Shown: piece by piece, positions 35,120-43,556 of the stretch | Numbering within the stretch: the stretch's first letter is position 1 | Layout: every line of letters starts with the position of its first letter | Source: Lachnospiraceae bacterium | GTDB lineage: Bacteria > Bacillota > Clostridia > Lachnospirales > Lachnospiraceae | NCBI GenBank assembly: GCA_045600025.1 | Contig: JAZRXC010000037.1 | Span: 2,035-66,034, forward strand | Reading direction: 5' to 3' | DNA length: 64,000 nucleotides | Made by a program: the position numbers and the translations under genes | The notes under the pieces: generated by a model | What the model was told of the DNA's origin: nothing | The model's input: the letters and a program-made list of their open reading frames with translations, nothing else | Databases searched by the model: none

Positions 35120-35677
35120 ATGAAGAAACTGGTTATTTTAGTCGATATGGACGGCACAATTGAAGACTTGCTTACGGTTTGGCTCGATAGAGTAAATAAG
35201 AAATACGGCTACGATGTTAAGCCAAGCGATCTTACAAGCTGGGACATAGATGAAGCTTATCCCGGACTGTCCATGGATCAGATAAAAGACATATTGAATG
35301 ACGGCTCTGTCTGGGGCGAGGTCAAGCCCATTCCGTATGCAGCGGAAGTATTGCAGGAGTTCATTGCTGACGGCCATGAAGTCTATATTGTCTCGGCATC
35401 TAATCACGAGACCCTGCCAGAGAAGATGCACGACCTGCTTTTCAGATATTTCCCGTTTCTTTCCTGGGACAACGTTATCATCACAACGCACAAACAGCTT
35501 ATCAAAGCCGACGTACTGATTGATGACGGCATACATAATCTGATAGGCGGATCCTACGCGAAGGTTTTGTATGACACAACCTACAATCGTAATATAGATG
35601 ATGAAGCCAATGGTTTTATACGAGTGCACAACTGGCACGAGGTAAAAGAAGTCATCGATAAGATGGCGGAGAAATAA
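35120..35677 (+). CDS. HAD-superfamily 5'(3')-deoxyribonucleotidase-like protein
   Basis: ATG at 35120 after GAGGTG. DMDGT catalytic motif (ILVDMDGTIEDL). Overall layout of the NT5C family. The track start at 35081 adds 13 unlikely residues. Confidence 0.6.
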   Translation: MKKLVILVDMDGTIEDLLTVWLDRVNKKYGYDVKPSDLTSWDIDEAYPGLSMDQIKDILNDGSVWGEVKPIPYAAEVLQEFIADGHEVYIVSASNHETLPEKMHDLLFRYFPFLSWDNVIITTHKQLIKADVLIDDGIHNLIGGSYAKVLYDTTYNRNIDDEANGFIRVHNWHEVKEVIDKMAEK

Positions 35678-35710
35678 AAGAAAGGATGTCCAAGCAGACA
35701 TCCTTTTTAT

Positions 35711-36586
35711 TTATTTGGATTTATTCTTTCCTTTATTTTGAAGAGTGTACCGCTCCCGAAGCTCGGATGGAGATAGACCTGTTCGGCTGACAAAGAGGTT
35801 GCAGAAATGGTAAGTGTTATCATATCCGACATGTTCAGCTATGTCTTTGATTGAATAGTTTGTTGATACGAGCTCCCATTGTGCCTGCCTGATACGCTTA
35901 TCAATTAAGTAGTTAATCGGAGAAACGTGGAAGGTTTCACTCATGATGTGACTCAACCTGCTTGAGCTGATATGGAACTCTTTTGCAAGTGACGTCATGG
36001 ACAGAGGCTCATTATAGTGGTGATCAATATATTGCAGAACTTCCGTTGCCAATGAACGAACAGCCTTGAACTCCTCAATGGAAGAGTTGTGCGAAAGCTG
36101 AAAACATAAGGTAAGAAGAGCATTTGCAAGAAAATTGCAAACGCTGTTATAGCCGGGCTCGGCAGCTTGCCTTTGCTTTAATATCTCTTGATAGATAGCA
36201 AGAAAATGAGGACCGCGCTCACCTGTCGTATAAACAGGTGTAGCTCCTGCGGGTAATACATGATTGGCGGGCAGCCCTTTTATCTGAAAACCTCTGACTG
36301 CACAAGACCATACATCAAGAGGTTCGTGATAATCGGATTCAAGAGAATGCACAACATTACTGTTAAATATTACGATATCTCCCTTGCTGACGTGATAAGG
36401 ATAATTATCAACTGTGTATATTCCTTTTCCGCCGTCAACATATAATAGCTCAGCTTGATCCGGGTGCGAATGAGAGGGGAGAGTCCAGCTTGCCTGTCCG
36501 TATGAATGCACGATTTTCATGACCTGCGCAGTTTCATTATCAAGAAAAATTGATTCCTCATTTTGTTCAAAAGGTAAGAATTCCAT
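35711..36586 (-). CDS. AraC-family transcriptional regulator (N-terminal cupin, C-terminal dual HTH)
   Basis: 291 aa. Cupin-like N-terminal half. The C-terminal LAKEFHISSSRLSHIMSE ... IKDIAEHVGYDNTYHFCNLF is a typical AraC HTH pair. Divergent from the 36842 operon. Confidence 0.8.
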   Translation of the reverse strand: MEFLPFEQNEESIFLDNETAQVMKIVHSYGQASWTLPSHSHPDQAELLYVDGGKGIYTVDNYPYHVSKGDIVIFNSNVVHSLESDYHEPLDVWSCAVRGFQIKGLPANHVLPAGATPVYTTGERGPHFLAIYQEILKQRQAAEPGYNSVCNFLANALLTLCFQLSHNSSIEEFKAVRSLATEVLQYIDHHYNEPLSMTSLAKEFHISSSRLSHIMSETFHVSPINYLIDKRIRQAQWELVSTNYSIKDIAEHVGYDNTYHFCNLFVSRTGLSPSELRERYTLQNKGKNKSK

Positions 36587-36778
36587 AGATACTCCTTTTC
36601 CTATGCATAATGATTATACAACGTAATGCAAGCAAATTAAATTAATTATTTTAACCATGTAGCAGAAAACTGTATTTATATAACAAAAGATACTGATATA
36701 AGCAAGTTTGTCACAAAAAAAGATAGCACGATTCTTTAATCACTATGACAAAATGACCTCTTTTGCTACGAAAAACAA

Positions 36779-36797
36779 ATGATTATCATATAATCAT
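36779..36797 (+). promoter_or_regulatory. palindrome ATGATTAT-CAT-ATAATCAT containing a TATAAT hexamer upstream of the TIM-barrel/GntP operon
   Basis: TATAAT at 36789-36794 with no good -35 element, which is compatible with an activator (AraC)-dependent promoter. Confidence 0.3.
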
Positions 36798-36841
36798 CAA
36801 ACTGCATAAGTGGCTTTTGATAAGGCTACGAAAGGAAGAAA

Positions 36842-37690
36842 ATGGCCAAGTATTCATTAGTGCATTTAACAAGTTCGCTAACCCCTCCGACAGAATTAAT
36901 AAAAATTGCAGCATATGCAGGATTTGATTGCGTAAGCCTGCGAGGAATTCCGACACGGACATCGGTCAAGGTGGATTCTGTAAAAGAATCCGTGACTGGT
37001 AATAAGCCTTTTGCCCTGGCCGATGATCCGGAATTACTTCGTGAAACCAAGCGCACGGCCGAAGGGGAAGGCGTAATTATAAATGACGTTGAAAATGCAC
37101 GAATATTTGAAGGCGTAGACGTTAAAAATTATGAGCGGGATCTTGCCGCGATGAAAGAACTCGGAGTAAATCACGTACTCACCAATATTTGGACTCCGGA
37201 TAAGGCCTTTTATACTGAAAAATTCGCTGAACTATGCGAACTCGCACAGCCGTATGACATAGATATAAATCTTGAGATAGTAACCTGGTCGGCAGTTCCC
37301 GGAATTAAGGAAGCAGCGGAGCTTCTTTACAAGACAAATTGCAAGAACCAGGGGATAGTTGTAGATACGATTCATTTCTATCGTTCCGGTAATGTGCCCG
37401 AAGATCTTAACGGCCTGCCCGACGCATGGTTTCGCTACATTCACATGTGTGATGCACAGGCCGAAATACCGAAAGGTGACGAACTCATACGTACGGGACT
37501 TGAAGAAAGACTGGTACCTGGAACAGGCGCCATAGATATAAAGGGCATTGTTAATCGCTTGCCATCTTCGGTAGTCCGCGGTATTGAGATTCCCAACAAA
37601 GTTCAGATTCAAGAAATGGGATTACAGAAATTTGTTACAGACGCATTGATGGTTACAAAGAAATATCTTGAAGGAGGAGAGAAAAAATGA
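36842..37690 (+). CDS. xylose-isomerase-like TIM-barrel protein (sugar phosphate isomerase/epimerase family), paralog A
   Basis: 282 aa. The pattern of beta-strand-end acidic/His residues (LEIVTW, VDTIHFYRS, IHMCDA, GIEIPN) is typical of the AP_endonuc_2/xylose isomerase-like fold. Confidence 0.65.
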   Translation: MAKYSLVHLTSSLTPPTELIKIAAYAGFDCVSLRGIPTRTSVKVDSVKESVTGNKPFALADDPELLRETKRTAEGEGVIINDVENARIFEGVDVKNYERDLAAMKELGVNHVLTNIWTPDKAFYTEKFAELCELAQPYDIDINLEIVTWSAVPGIKEAAELLYKTNCKNQGIVVDTIHFYRSGNVPEDLNGLPDAWFRYIHMCDAQAEIPKGDELIRTGLEERLVPGTGAIDIKGIVNRLPSSVVRGIEIPNKVQIQEMGLQKFVTDALMVTKKYLEGGEKK

Positions 37691-38514
37691 ACCCCAGATA
37701 TTCACTGGTATATCTAACTACCGGAAGCACTTCGCCGGCAGAGATGATAGACATAGCGGCAGCTGCCGGATATGACTGCATTGATGCCAGAACGATTCCG
37801 ATGGGTTTACCTGGAGAAAAAACCTTCGACATTTCAACTGACAGAAGACTTTTTCTCGACACGAAACACGCAATAGAGCGTAGCGGTATTACATTTGAAT
37901 CCATCGAGAATGCAACCGTAAATGACGGCAAGGACGTAAGCCGCTATGCACCGTTCCTTGAAGCTGCAGCTGAGCTTGGAGTAAAACACGTATTATCAAA
38001 TATTTGGTCGAAAGACAAGGCATTTGCCTGCGACCAGTTTGCGAAGTTGTGTGAGATAGCCGCAGGGTACGGACAGAATATTGATTTGGAATTTGTTACC
38101 TGGGCACAGGTTACAGATATTAAGGAAGCACAGGAATTGCTTCAGAATGCAGGATGTAAAAATGCAAGCATTATTGTTGATACATTGCATTTCCACAGAT
38201 CCAGAATCCCTTGGGAGGATCTTGCGAACATGCCGGATGAATTGGCATATTGCCTGCATATTTGCGATGCGCCTGAAGGATATCCTGAAGATCCCGAAGC
38301 GCTTGCACATACTGCCAGAGAGGGCAGATTATATCCCGGAGAGGGTGTCGTGGATATAGCTCGTATGGCAGCCATGAAAGATTGGTCAGTGTACGGTATC
38401 GAAATACCCAACACAGGCTATTGGGATCAGAAGGGTTACCGTAAGCACGCGGAAGATGCATTACGCAAGACAAAGGCTTACCTTGAAGAAAAAGAAAAGG
38501 AGACAAAAAGATGA
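37687..38514 (+). CDS. xylose-isomerase-like TIM-barrel protein, paralog B
   Basis: 275 aa. Collinear with paralog A (YSLVYLT, LEFVTW, VDTLHFHRS, LHICDA, GIEIPN). ATGA overlap with the upstream gene. Confidence 0.65.
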   Translation: MNPRYSLVYLTTGSTSPAEMIDIAAAAGYDCIDARTIPMGLPGEKTFDISTDRRLFLDTKHAIERSGITFESIENATVNDGKDVSRYAPFLEAAAELGVKHVLSNIWSKDKAFACDQFAKLCEIAAGYGQNIDLEFVTWAQVTDIKEAQELLQNAGCKNASIIVDTLHFHRSRIPWEDLANMPDELAYCLHICDAPEGYPEDPEALAHTAREGRLYPGEGVVDIARMAAMKDWSVYGIEIPNTGYWDQKGYRKHAEDALRKTKAYLEEKEKETKR

Positions 38515-39875
38515 GTAGTGGTTTGTTGCTTTTGAATCTGGCAATATCAATTGCCATCATTCTAGTCTGCATCATGGTATTTAAACTCAACGCAGTTGTA
38601 GGTCTTGTTATTGCAAGCTTATACATGGGCGTTTCATGCGGACTTGGGTGGATGGAAACGGTAAATTATATTGGCAGTGGCTTCGGCAGCACTATGACGA
38701 GTATGGGCGTTTCTATCATATTCGGCGTTATCATAGGCGAGCTGCTTAGTAAGTCAGGTGGAGCCAATGTAATAGCTAATACAATGATTAAGGTCTTCCC
38801 TGAAGACAAGTCACTGTATGCTGTAGCAATTACCGCATTTATTCTGTCTATACCCGTATTCTTTGATATTACTTTCATCATCCTCATTCCTATCGGACTT
38901 CAGATATCAAAGAAAATCAATAAAAATATCGCTTATATCGTAGGTGATATTTCAATCGGCGGATGTATCGCACACGTACTTGTTCCGCCTACACCTAACC
39001 CTCTTGCCGCCCCCGGCATCTTCGGTTATGACCTCGGAATTCAGTTGATCGGCGGCATTATCATAGGTCTTGTTGCTATGATAATCGTTATGAAGATATA
39101 TCACCTGATTCTCGACAAGGGATTCTTCAAAGATTCTGATATTGATCATTCTGCACAGATTGAGATCCAGGATACTACTAATGAGAACGCTCCGTCATTC
39201 TGGGCAGCTATGCTTCCCATCATACTTCCGCTTGTTTGCATCCTCCTCGGAACCTTCGGAAATATGTTCTTTGACGAGCCGCCTATGATACTCACATTGC
39301 TCGGAAGCCGTCTTCCCGCATTACTTATTGGTGTTCTTGCAGCATATGTGGTATGCTATAAGGCAATCGGCAGAAAAGCTCTTGACGCTGTTGGAAATAA
39401 TGCCCTTAAGGCCAGTGGTATTGCTGCATTCGTTACTGCTGCAGGCGGCGCTTTCGGTTCTGTTATCGGAGCTACCAACATCGGACAGACACTTGTTGAT
39501 TCGCTTGGCATATCCGGAACTTCAGGCGGAATCGCTCTGATGGTTGTAGGATTTGTTATTGCATTCATATTCAAGGTTGCTCAAGGTTCAGGAACTGTTG
39601 CGGGAATTACCACAATGCAGATTATGGCATCATTTGCCGGCGGACTCAGCATTCATCCTTTCTTCCTCGCTGTTGCATGTCTCAGCGGTGGAATGGGTCC
39701 CGGACATCTGAACGACTCTGCTTTCTGGGTAACTGCTAACCTTTCAGGACTTAAAGTAAGCGGCGGTCTTAAGACTTACACTACCAGCCAGATGATTTGC
39801 TCATTAGTTATTTTCGCAATTGCAATCATCCTTGCACTGGTTCTTCCGATTCCCGCGACCTGGGGTTTGGTCTAA
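38511..39875 (+). CDS. GntP-family (gluconate:H+ symporter-like) permease
   Basis: 454 aa with about 12 TM helices. N-terminal and central Gly-rich blocks are typical of GntP permeases. ATGA overlap with the upstream gene. Confidence 0.7.
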   Translation: MSSGLLLLNLAISIAIILVCIMVFKLNAVVGLVIASLYMGVSCGLGWMETVNYIGSGFGSTMTSMGVSIIFGVIIGELLSKSGGANVIANTMIKVFPEDKSLYAVAITAFILSIPVFFDITFIILIPIGLQISKKINKNIAYIVGDISIGGCIAHVLVPPTPNPLAAPGIFGYDLGIQLIGGIIIGLVAMIIVMKIYHLILDKGFFKDSDIDHSAQIEIQDTTNENAPSFWAAMLPIILPLVCILLGTFGNMFFDEPPMILTLLGSRLPALLIGVLAAYVVCYKAIGRKALDAVGNNALKASGIAAFVTAAGGAFGSVIGATNIGQTLVDSLGISGTSGGIALMVVGFVIAFIFKVAQGSGTVAGITTMQIMASFAGGLSIHPFFLAVACLSGGMGPGHLNDSAFWVTANLSGLKVSGGLKTYTTSQMICSLVIFAIAIILALVLPIPATWGLV

Positions 39876-39900
39876 TATAAATTAAAGGAAGATTTGTTTT

Positions 39901-40542
39901 ATGAAAATTGCATTGATTATGGAAGGTTCCACAAAGCATCACGCAAAAGAAGCGTGGGAAGTTGTTTCAGGACTTGAAGGTCATGAAGCCTATCAGCTTG
40001 GAATGCGTGACGAAGAAGGAGAAGACACCCTCAACTTTCTCCATACGTCTACTATCGCAGGAATACTGCTTAATATCAACGCGGTTGACTTTGTGATAGG
40101 CGGTTGCGGAACAGGCCAAGGATTTATCAACGGCGTACTTGCATATCCGAATGTTTTATGCGGACTGGTATATGATCCGCTGGAAGCATGGCTCTATATG
40201 CAGGTAAATGCAGGTAACTGCATCAGTTTCCCTTTCAACAGAGGTTGGGGACTTGCCGGCAAAGAGCAGTTCAGACTTACGCTTGAGCAGGCATTTTCCG
40301 TACCTTACGGTGGAGGCTATCCTGCAGCAAGAGCTGAACTGATAAAAGCAATGCATGCCGAGCTTAGAACGCGGTCAAATATGTTCAGAAAGAGCTTCAT
40401 TGAGATATTAGAAGAAGCCAATAAAGATATTCTTTATACAGCGCTTAAATCAAAGGGTGTAAAGGAGCTTGTGCTTTCAGCACCGGACAGCCCCGAAAAG
40501 AACGCTGTGCTGGATATTTACAAGAACGAAATAGAAAAATAA
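39901..40542 (+). CDS. RpiB/LacA/LacB-family sugar(-phosphate) isomerase-like protein, long form
   Basis: 213 aa. MKIALIMEGS start. The DFVIGGCGTGQGFINGVLAYPNV and NAGNCISFPF blocks parallel the RpiB ILICGTGIGMSIAANK / NNANVLALG blocks. Confidence 0.55.
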   Translation: MKIALIMEGSTKHHAKEAWEVVSGLEGHEAYQLGMRDEEGEDTLNFLHTSTIAGILLNINAVDFVIGGCGTGQGFINGVLAYPNVLCGLVYDPLEAWLYMQVNAGNCISFPFNRGWGLAGKEQFRLTLEQAFSVPYGGGYPAARAELIKAMHAELRTRSNMFRKSFIEILEEANKDILYTALKSKGVKELVLSAPDSPEKNAVLDIYKNEIEK

Positions 40543-40562
40543 GCCGCAATATAAGCGATTTG

Positions 40563-40586
40563 CCGCCCTGCCATCCGGTAGGGCGG
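40563..40586 (+). terminator. terminator-like hairpin after the RpiB-like gene
   Basis: CCGCCCT-GCCATCCGGT-AGGGCGG followed by TATTATT. Confidence 0.5.
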
Positions 40587-40716
40587 TATTATTGAAAAAG
40601 TACTTAAAAAAGCAATTTAATAAAGTCCTGTTCGCTTGACAATGTGCTCGCATTTTAATAGAATAAAAACGAGGCTTGAGGGAAAAGCCATTGTATTAGA
40701 AAAAAGGAGATCAACT

Positions 40717-41535
40717 ATGAAGAATTTTAAGAGAGTGCTGTCATTAATGCTGGCAATAGCAATGGCAGTAACAATGCTTGTTGGCTGTGGTGAGTCCGGT
40801 TCTGATAAGATTAAAGCCGGTACACTTACTGTACTCGGAACTGACACAGAGCAGATGAATGCAGCTGATGATGCTTATGTATGGACATTCTATGATTCAA
40901 TGGATGCTATGCTTCTTGCTCTTGAAGCAGGAAAGATTGATATCGCAAGAATTATCCCTGAATGTGTTGGTAAGTATATCGAAACTCGCAATGAAAAGAT
41001 GAAGTTCTCACTTGTTACTGATAAGCCTTCAATGCTCAATTATCACATGGGCGCTCTCAGCAAAAATCAGGCAACAGTTGATTTACTTGATAAAACTCTT
41101 AATCAGCTTAAACAGCAGGGAATTATTTCCAATCTCGTAGCTAAATATATTGATGATTACACCAAGACCGGCGAAGAGCCCGCACCTGTTGCGCTTCCTA
41201 CATTCCCCGGAGCAGACACCATCAAGGTTGCAGTTACCGGCGACCTTCCGCCTCTTGATTATGTATCAGCAGCAGGCGTACCTGCAGGCTTCAACGTAGC
41301 ACTTCTTGCAGAGATTGCTAAGATTGCAGAAGTTAACTTCGAAGTTATTTCCATCAACGCTGCAGCAAGAGCAACCGCTATTGCAACAGGTAGTGCAGAC
41401 GTTCTCTTCTGGGTATGCACAAGAGAGTACCAGGATGCAAGTATCCATGAGTTTGAGAACATTGATATTACAGATGATCTTGTTCTCACATCACCTTATT
41501 TCGGTAGCCAGCCCGGATACATTGAATTGAAATAA
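40717..41535 (+). CDS. amino-acid-type (family 3) ABC substrate-binding lipoprotein, apparently circularly permuted
   Basis: ATG at 40717 after AAGGAGA. Lipobox LVGC. The C-terminal half looks like the usual N-lobe start (IKVAVTGDLPPLDYV..GFNVALLAEIAK). The N-terminal half looks like the usual C-terminal part (ALEAGKIDIARI...GIISNLVAKYI). Confidence 0.65.
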   Translation: MKNFKRVLSLMLAIAMAVTMLVGCGESGSDKIKAGTLTVLGTDTEQMNAADDAYVWTFYDSMDAMLLALEAGKIDIARIIPECVGKYIETRNEKMKFSLVTDKPSMLNYHMGALSKNQATVDLLDKTLNQLKQQGIISNLVAKYIDDYTKTGEEPAPVALPTFPGADTIKVAVTGDLPPLDYVSAAGVPAGFNVALLAEIAKIAEVNFEVISINAAARATAIATGSADVLFWVCTREYQDASIHEFENIDITDDLVLTSPYFGSQPGYIELK

Positions 41536-42209
41536 TGTTTGAAAAAATCCATCAAATTTTTATAGTAGATGGTGCAGCAAAGACGATTTTCCAAGGTCTC
41601 AAAGTGACCTTGGAAATCTCTTTATGTGCTTTGATTCTGGGTACCATACTCGGTATCATTGTATGCGCCATGCGTATGAGCAAGAATAAGATTCTGAGCG
41701 GCATAGCAAGTGTATATATTGCTATACTTCGCGGCTCACCTCTTACTATGCTTCTTATGCTCTTATACTACTGCGTATTTGCTTCTTCATCAATCGATGC
41801 AGTTGTTGTTGCGATTATAACATTCGGCATAAATACCGCCGCGTATATTGCCGAGATGCTGCGTTCGGCAATTGGTGCGGTTAATCATCGCGAGGCGGAA
41901 GCTGCCATGACTCTCGGATTCACAAAGTTCCAGGCGATGAGATATGTTATATTCCCGCAGGCTATGAAGATTGCAAAACCTGTATACCAGTCAACTATTA
42001 TCAATATGATTCAATGGACCAGCGTAGTCAGCTATATTACGATTACCGATCTTACAAAGGTTATCAGTAATATTTCCAGCCGCACCATGCAGCCGCTGAT
42101 TCTCATTACTACAGGTATGATTCTCTATATCGGAATTGCCTACCTTGTAGCCGGAATATTTGCGCTGACGGATTATATATCTGCAAAGCGTCAGGGAATA
42201 GGAGGCTGA
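41535..42209 (+). CDS. amino-acid ABC transporter permease (HisM/GlnP type)
   Basis: 224 aa with 5 TM helices. EAA-like loop AAYIAEMLRSAIGAVNHREAEAAMTLGFTKFQAMRYVIFPQA. TAATG overlap with the binding-protein gene. Confidence 0.8.
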   Translation: MFEKIHQIFIVDGAAKTIFQGLKVTLEISLCALILGTILGIIVCAMRMSKNKILSGIASVYIAILRGSPLTMLLMLLYYCVFASSSIDAVVVAIITFGINTAAYIAEMLRSAIGAVNHREAEAAMTLGFTKFQAMRYVIFPQAMKIAKPVYQSTIINMIQWTSVVSYITITDLTKVISNISSRTMQPLILITTGMILYIGIAYLVAGIFALTDYISAKRQGIGG

Positions 42210-42210
42210 T

Positions 42211-43323
42211 ATGGACGTAATTGAGATTAGAGATCTGCATAAAGCCTTCGGAGATTATAAGATTTATACCGGACTTAACATGACCGTTAAGGAAGGCGAG
42301 ATAGTAGTTATCATCGGTGGTTCAGGCTGCGGCAAGAGTGTACTTCTTCGTTCAATTGAGATGCTTGAGAAGCCTGATTCCGGTCAGATTTTTATAGATG
42401 GGCAGGAGATTACCGCTGAGGGCGCTGATATAGGTAAGATCCGTCGCTCTATGGGTATGGTATATCAGGACTTTGCACTGTTCTCCAATATGAACGTTAT
42501 GGAGAATCTTTGCATAGCTCCTATGAAGCTGCTTGGCATGTCTCAGGAAGATGCCGAGAAAAAAGCTCTTGAGCTTCTTGCTACAGTCGGTCTTGCCGAT
42601 AAGGCTAACCGCCGCGTACAGGCACTTTCAGGTGGACAGAAACAGCGTATTGCCATCTGCCGTTCTATGATGATGGATCCGAAGATTATCCTCTTCGATG
42701 AGCCTACCAGTGCGCTTGATCCTACCATGGTCGGTGAAGTTCTCGCAACCATCAGGCTCCTTTCACGCAGAGGACTTACCATGATGATTGTTACTCATGA
42801 GATGAACTTTGCAAGACAGATTGCGGACAGGATTGTGTTCCTTGCTGATGGCGGTATCTATGAGCAGGGGACTCCGGAAGAGATATTCGAGAATCCTCAG
42901 CGTGAGAAGACTATCGATTTCATTCGCAAGATGAAGCATACTGCTTGTGAGATTACGAGTAAAGAGTTTGACCTTATCGAGATTCATGGTGTTATTCAGC
43001 AATTTGCGATGCGTTACGGTCTTTCTAACAATGAGAGTTATCGTCTGCAGATATGTACTGAAGAGATGATATATGCAATGCTTTCGAGATTGCCTGATGA
43101 TAATGTTAACATTAAGATTAACGTTGGGTTCTCTGAAGATGACAGATCTTGCGAGCTTACATTTATCAGTCCGGGTCCTGAATTTGATCCGGCGAAGATT
43201 CTTGAGGCTTCTGACGATGATGCCTTCGGTGATTCTCTTGGACTTATGATTATTCTTAAGAAGTCCAAGGAGTACGAACACAGTTATACCGATGGGGTTA
43301 ATACCATCAAGCTTAAACTTTAA
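42211..43323 (+). CDS. amino-acid ABC transporter ATP-binding protein with ~125-aa C-terminal extra domain
   Basis: 370 aa. Walker A GGSGCGKS, signature LSGGQKQR, Walker B ILFDEPTSALD, H-loop VTHEM. The ABC domain ends near residue 245 and is followed by an additional domain. Confidence 0.8.
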   Translation: MDVIEIRDLHKAFGDYKIYTGLNMTVKEGEIVVIIGGSGCGKSVLLRSIEMLEKPDSGQIFIDGQEITAEGADIGKIRRSMGMVYQDFALFSNMNVMENLCIAPMKLLGMSQEDAEKKALELLATVGLADKANRRVQALSGGQKQRIAICRSMMMDPKIILFDEPTSALDPTMVGEVLATIRLLSRRGLTMMIVTHEMNFARQIADRIVFLADGGIYEQGTPEEIFENPQREKTIDFIRKMKHTACEITSKEFDLIEIHGVIQQFAMRYGLSNNESYRLQICTEEMIYAMLSRLPDDNVNIKINVGFSEDDRSCELTFISPGPEFDPAKILEASDDDAFGDSLGLMIILKKSKEYEHSYTDGVNTIKLKL

Positions 43324-43337
43324 TAATTGATTTTTTG

Positions 43338-43371
43338 CAGGCTGGCGGGTACATCGCCGGCCTGTTTTTTT
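43338..43371 (+). terminator. rho-independent terminator after the amino-acid ABC operon
   Basis: CAGGCTGGCG-GGTACAT-CGCCGGCCTG followed by TTTTTTT. Confidence 0.8.
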
Positions 43372-43376
43372 ACATC

Positions 43377-43556
43377 ATTATCGCGGCACATTAGCAACGG
43401 CAAACGTGTCGCGATGCCTACCTCGTCTTCGCCGCCTATAACGCCACTCGCTCCGACTCCCACCGAAACGGGAGCTCTCCGCTCGGGCGGCTAGGCTCGA
43501 CTCGCCTACGGCCCTGCTCCAATGTTTGCCTTATGCTAAATGTGCCGCGTAATAAT
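43377..43556. repeat. GC-rich ~180-nt element closed by long imperfect terminal inverted repeats (candidate structured RNA or MITE-like element)
   Basis: Left arm CGCGGCACATTAGCAACGGCAAAC (43382-43405) pairs with GTTTGCCTTATGCTAAATGTGCCGCG (43524-43549) for about 22 bp. A central hairpin CTCCC-ACCGAAAC-GGGAG (43457-43474) sits exactly at the midpoint. Confidence 0.55.

Noticed and set aside
35138-35701. 187-aa antisense ORF covering the deoxyribonucleotidase-like gene
   Set aside because: The sense strand has the DMDGT HAD motif and a good RBS. The antisense product has no recognisable features.
42763-43281. 172-aa antisense ORF within the ABC ATPase gene
   Set aside because: It lies opposite a gene with complete Walker A, signature and Walker B motifs. 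No RBS.
43414-43494. 26-codon ORF (MPTSSSPPITPLAPTPTETGALRSGG) inside the GC-rich element
   Set aside because: No Shine-Dalgarno sequence. The Pro/Ser/Thr low-complexity product is what a CT-rich structured region would give by chance. The palindromic architecture explains the sequence better.
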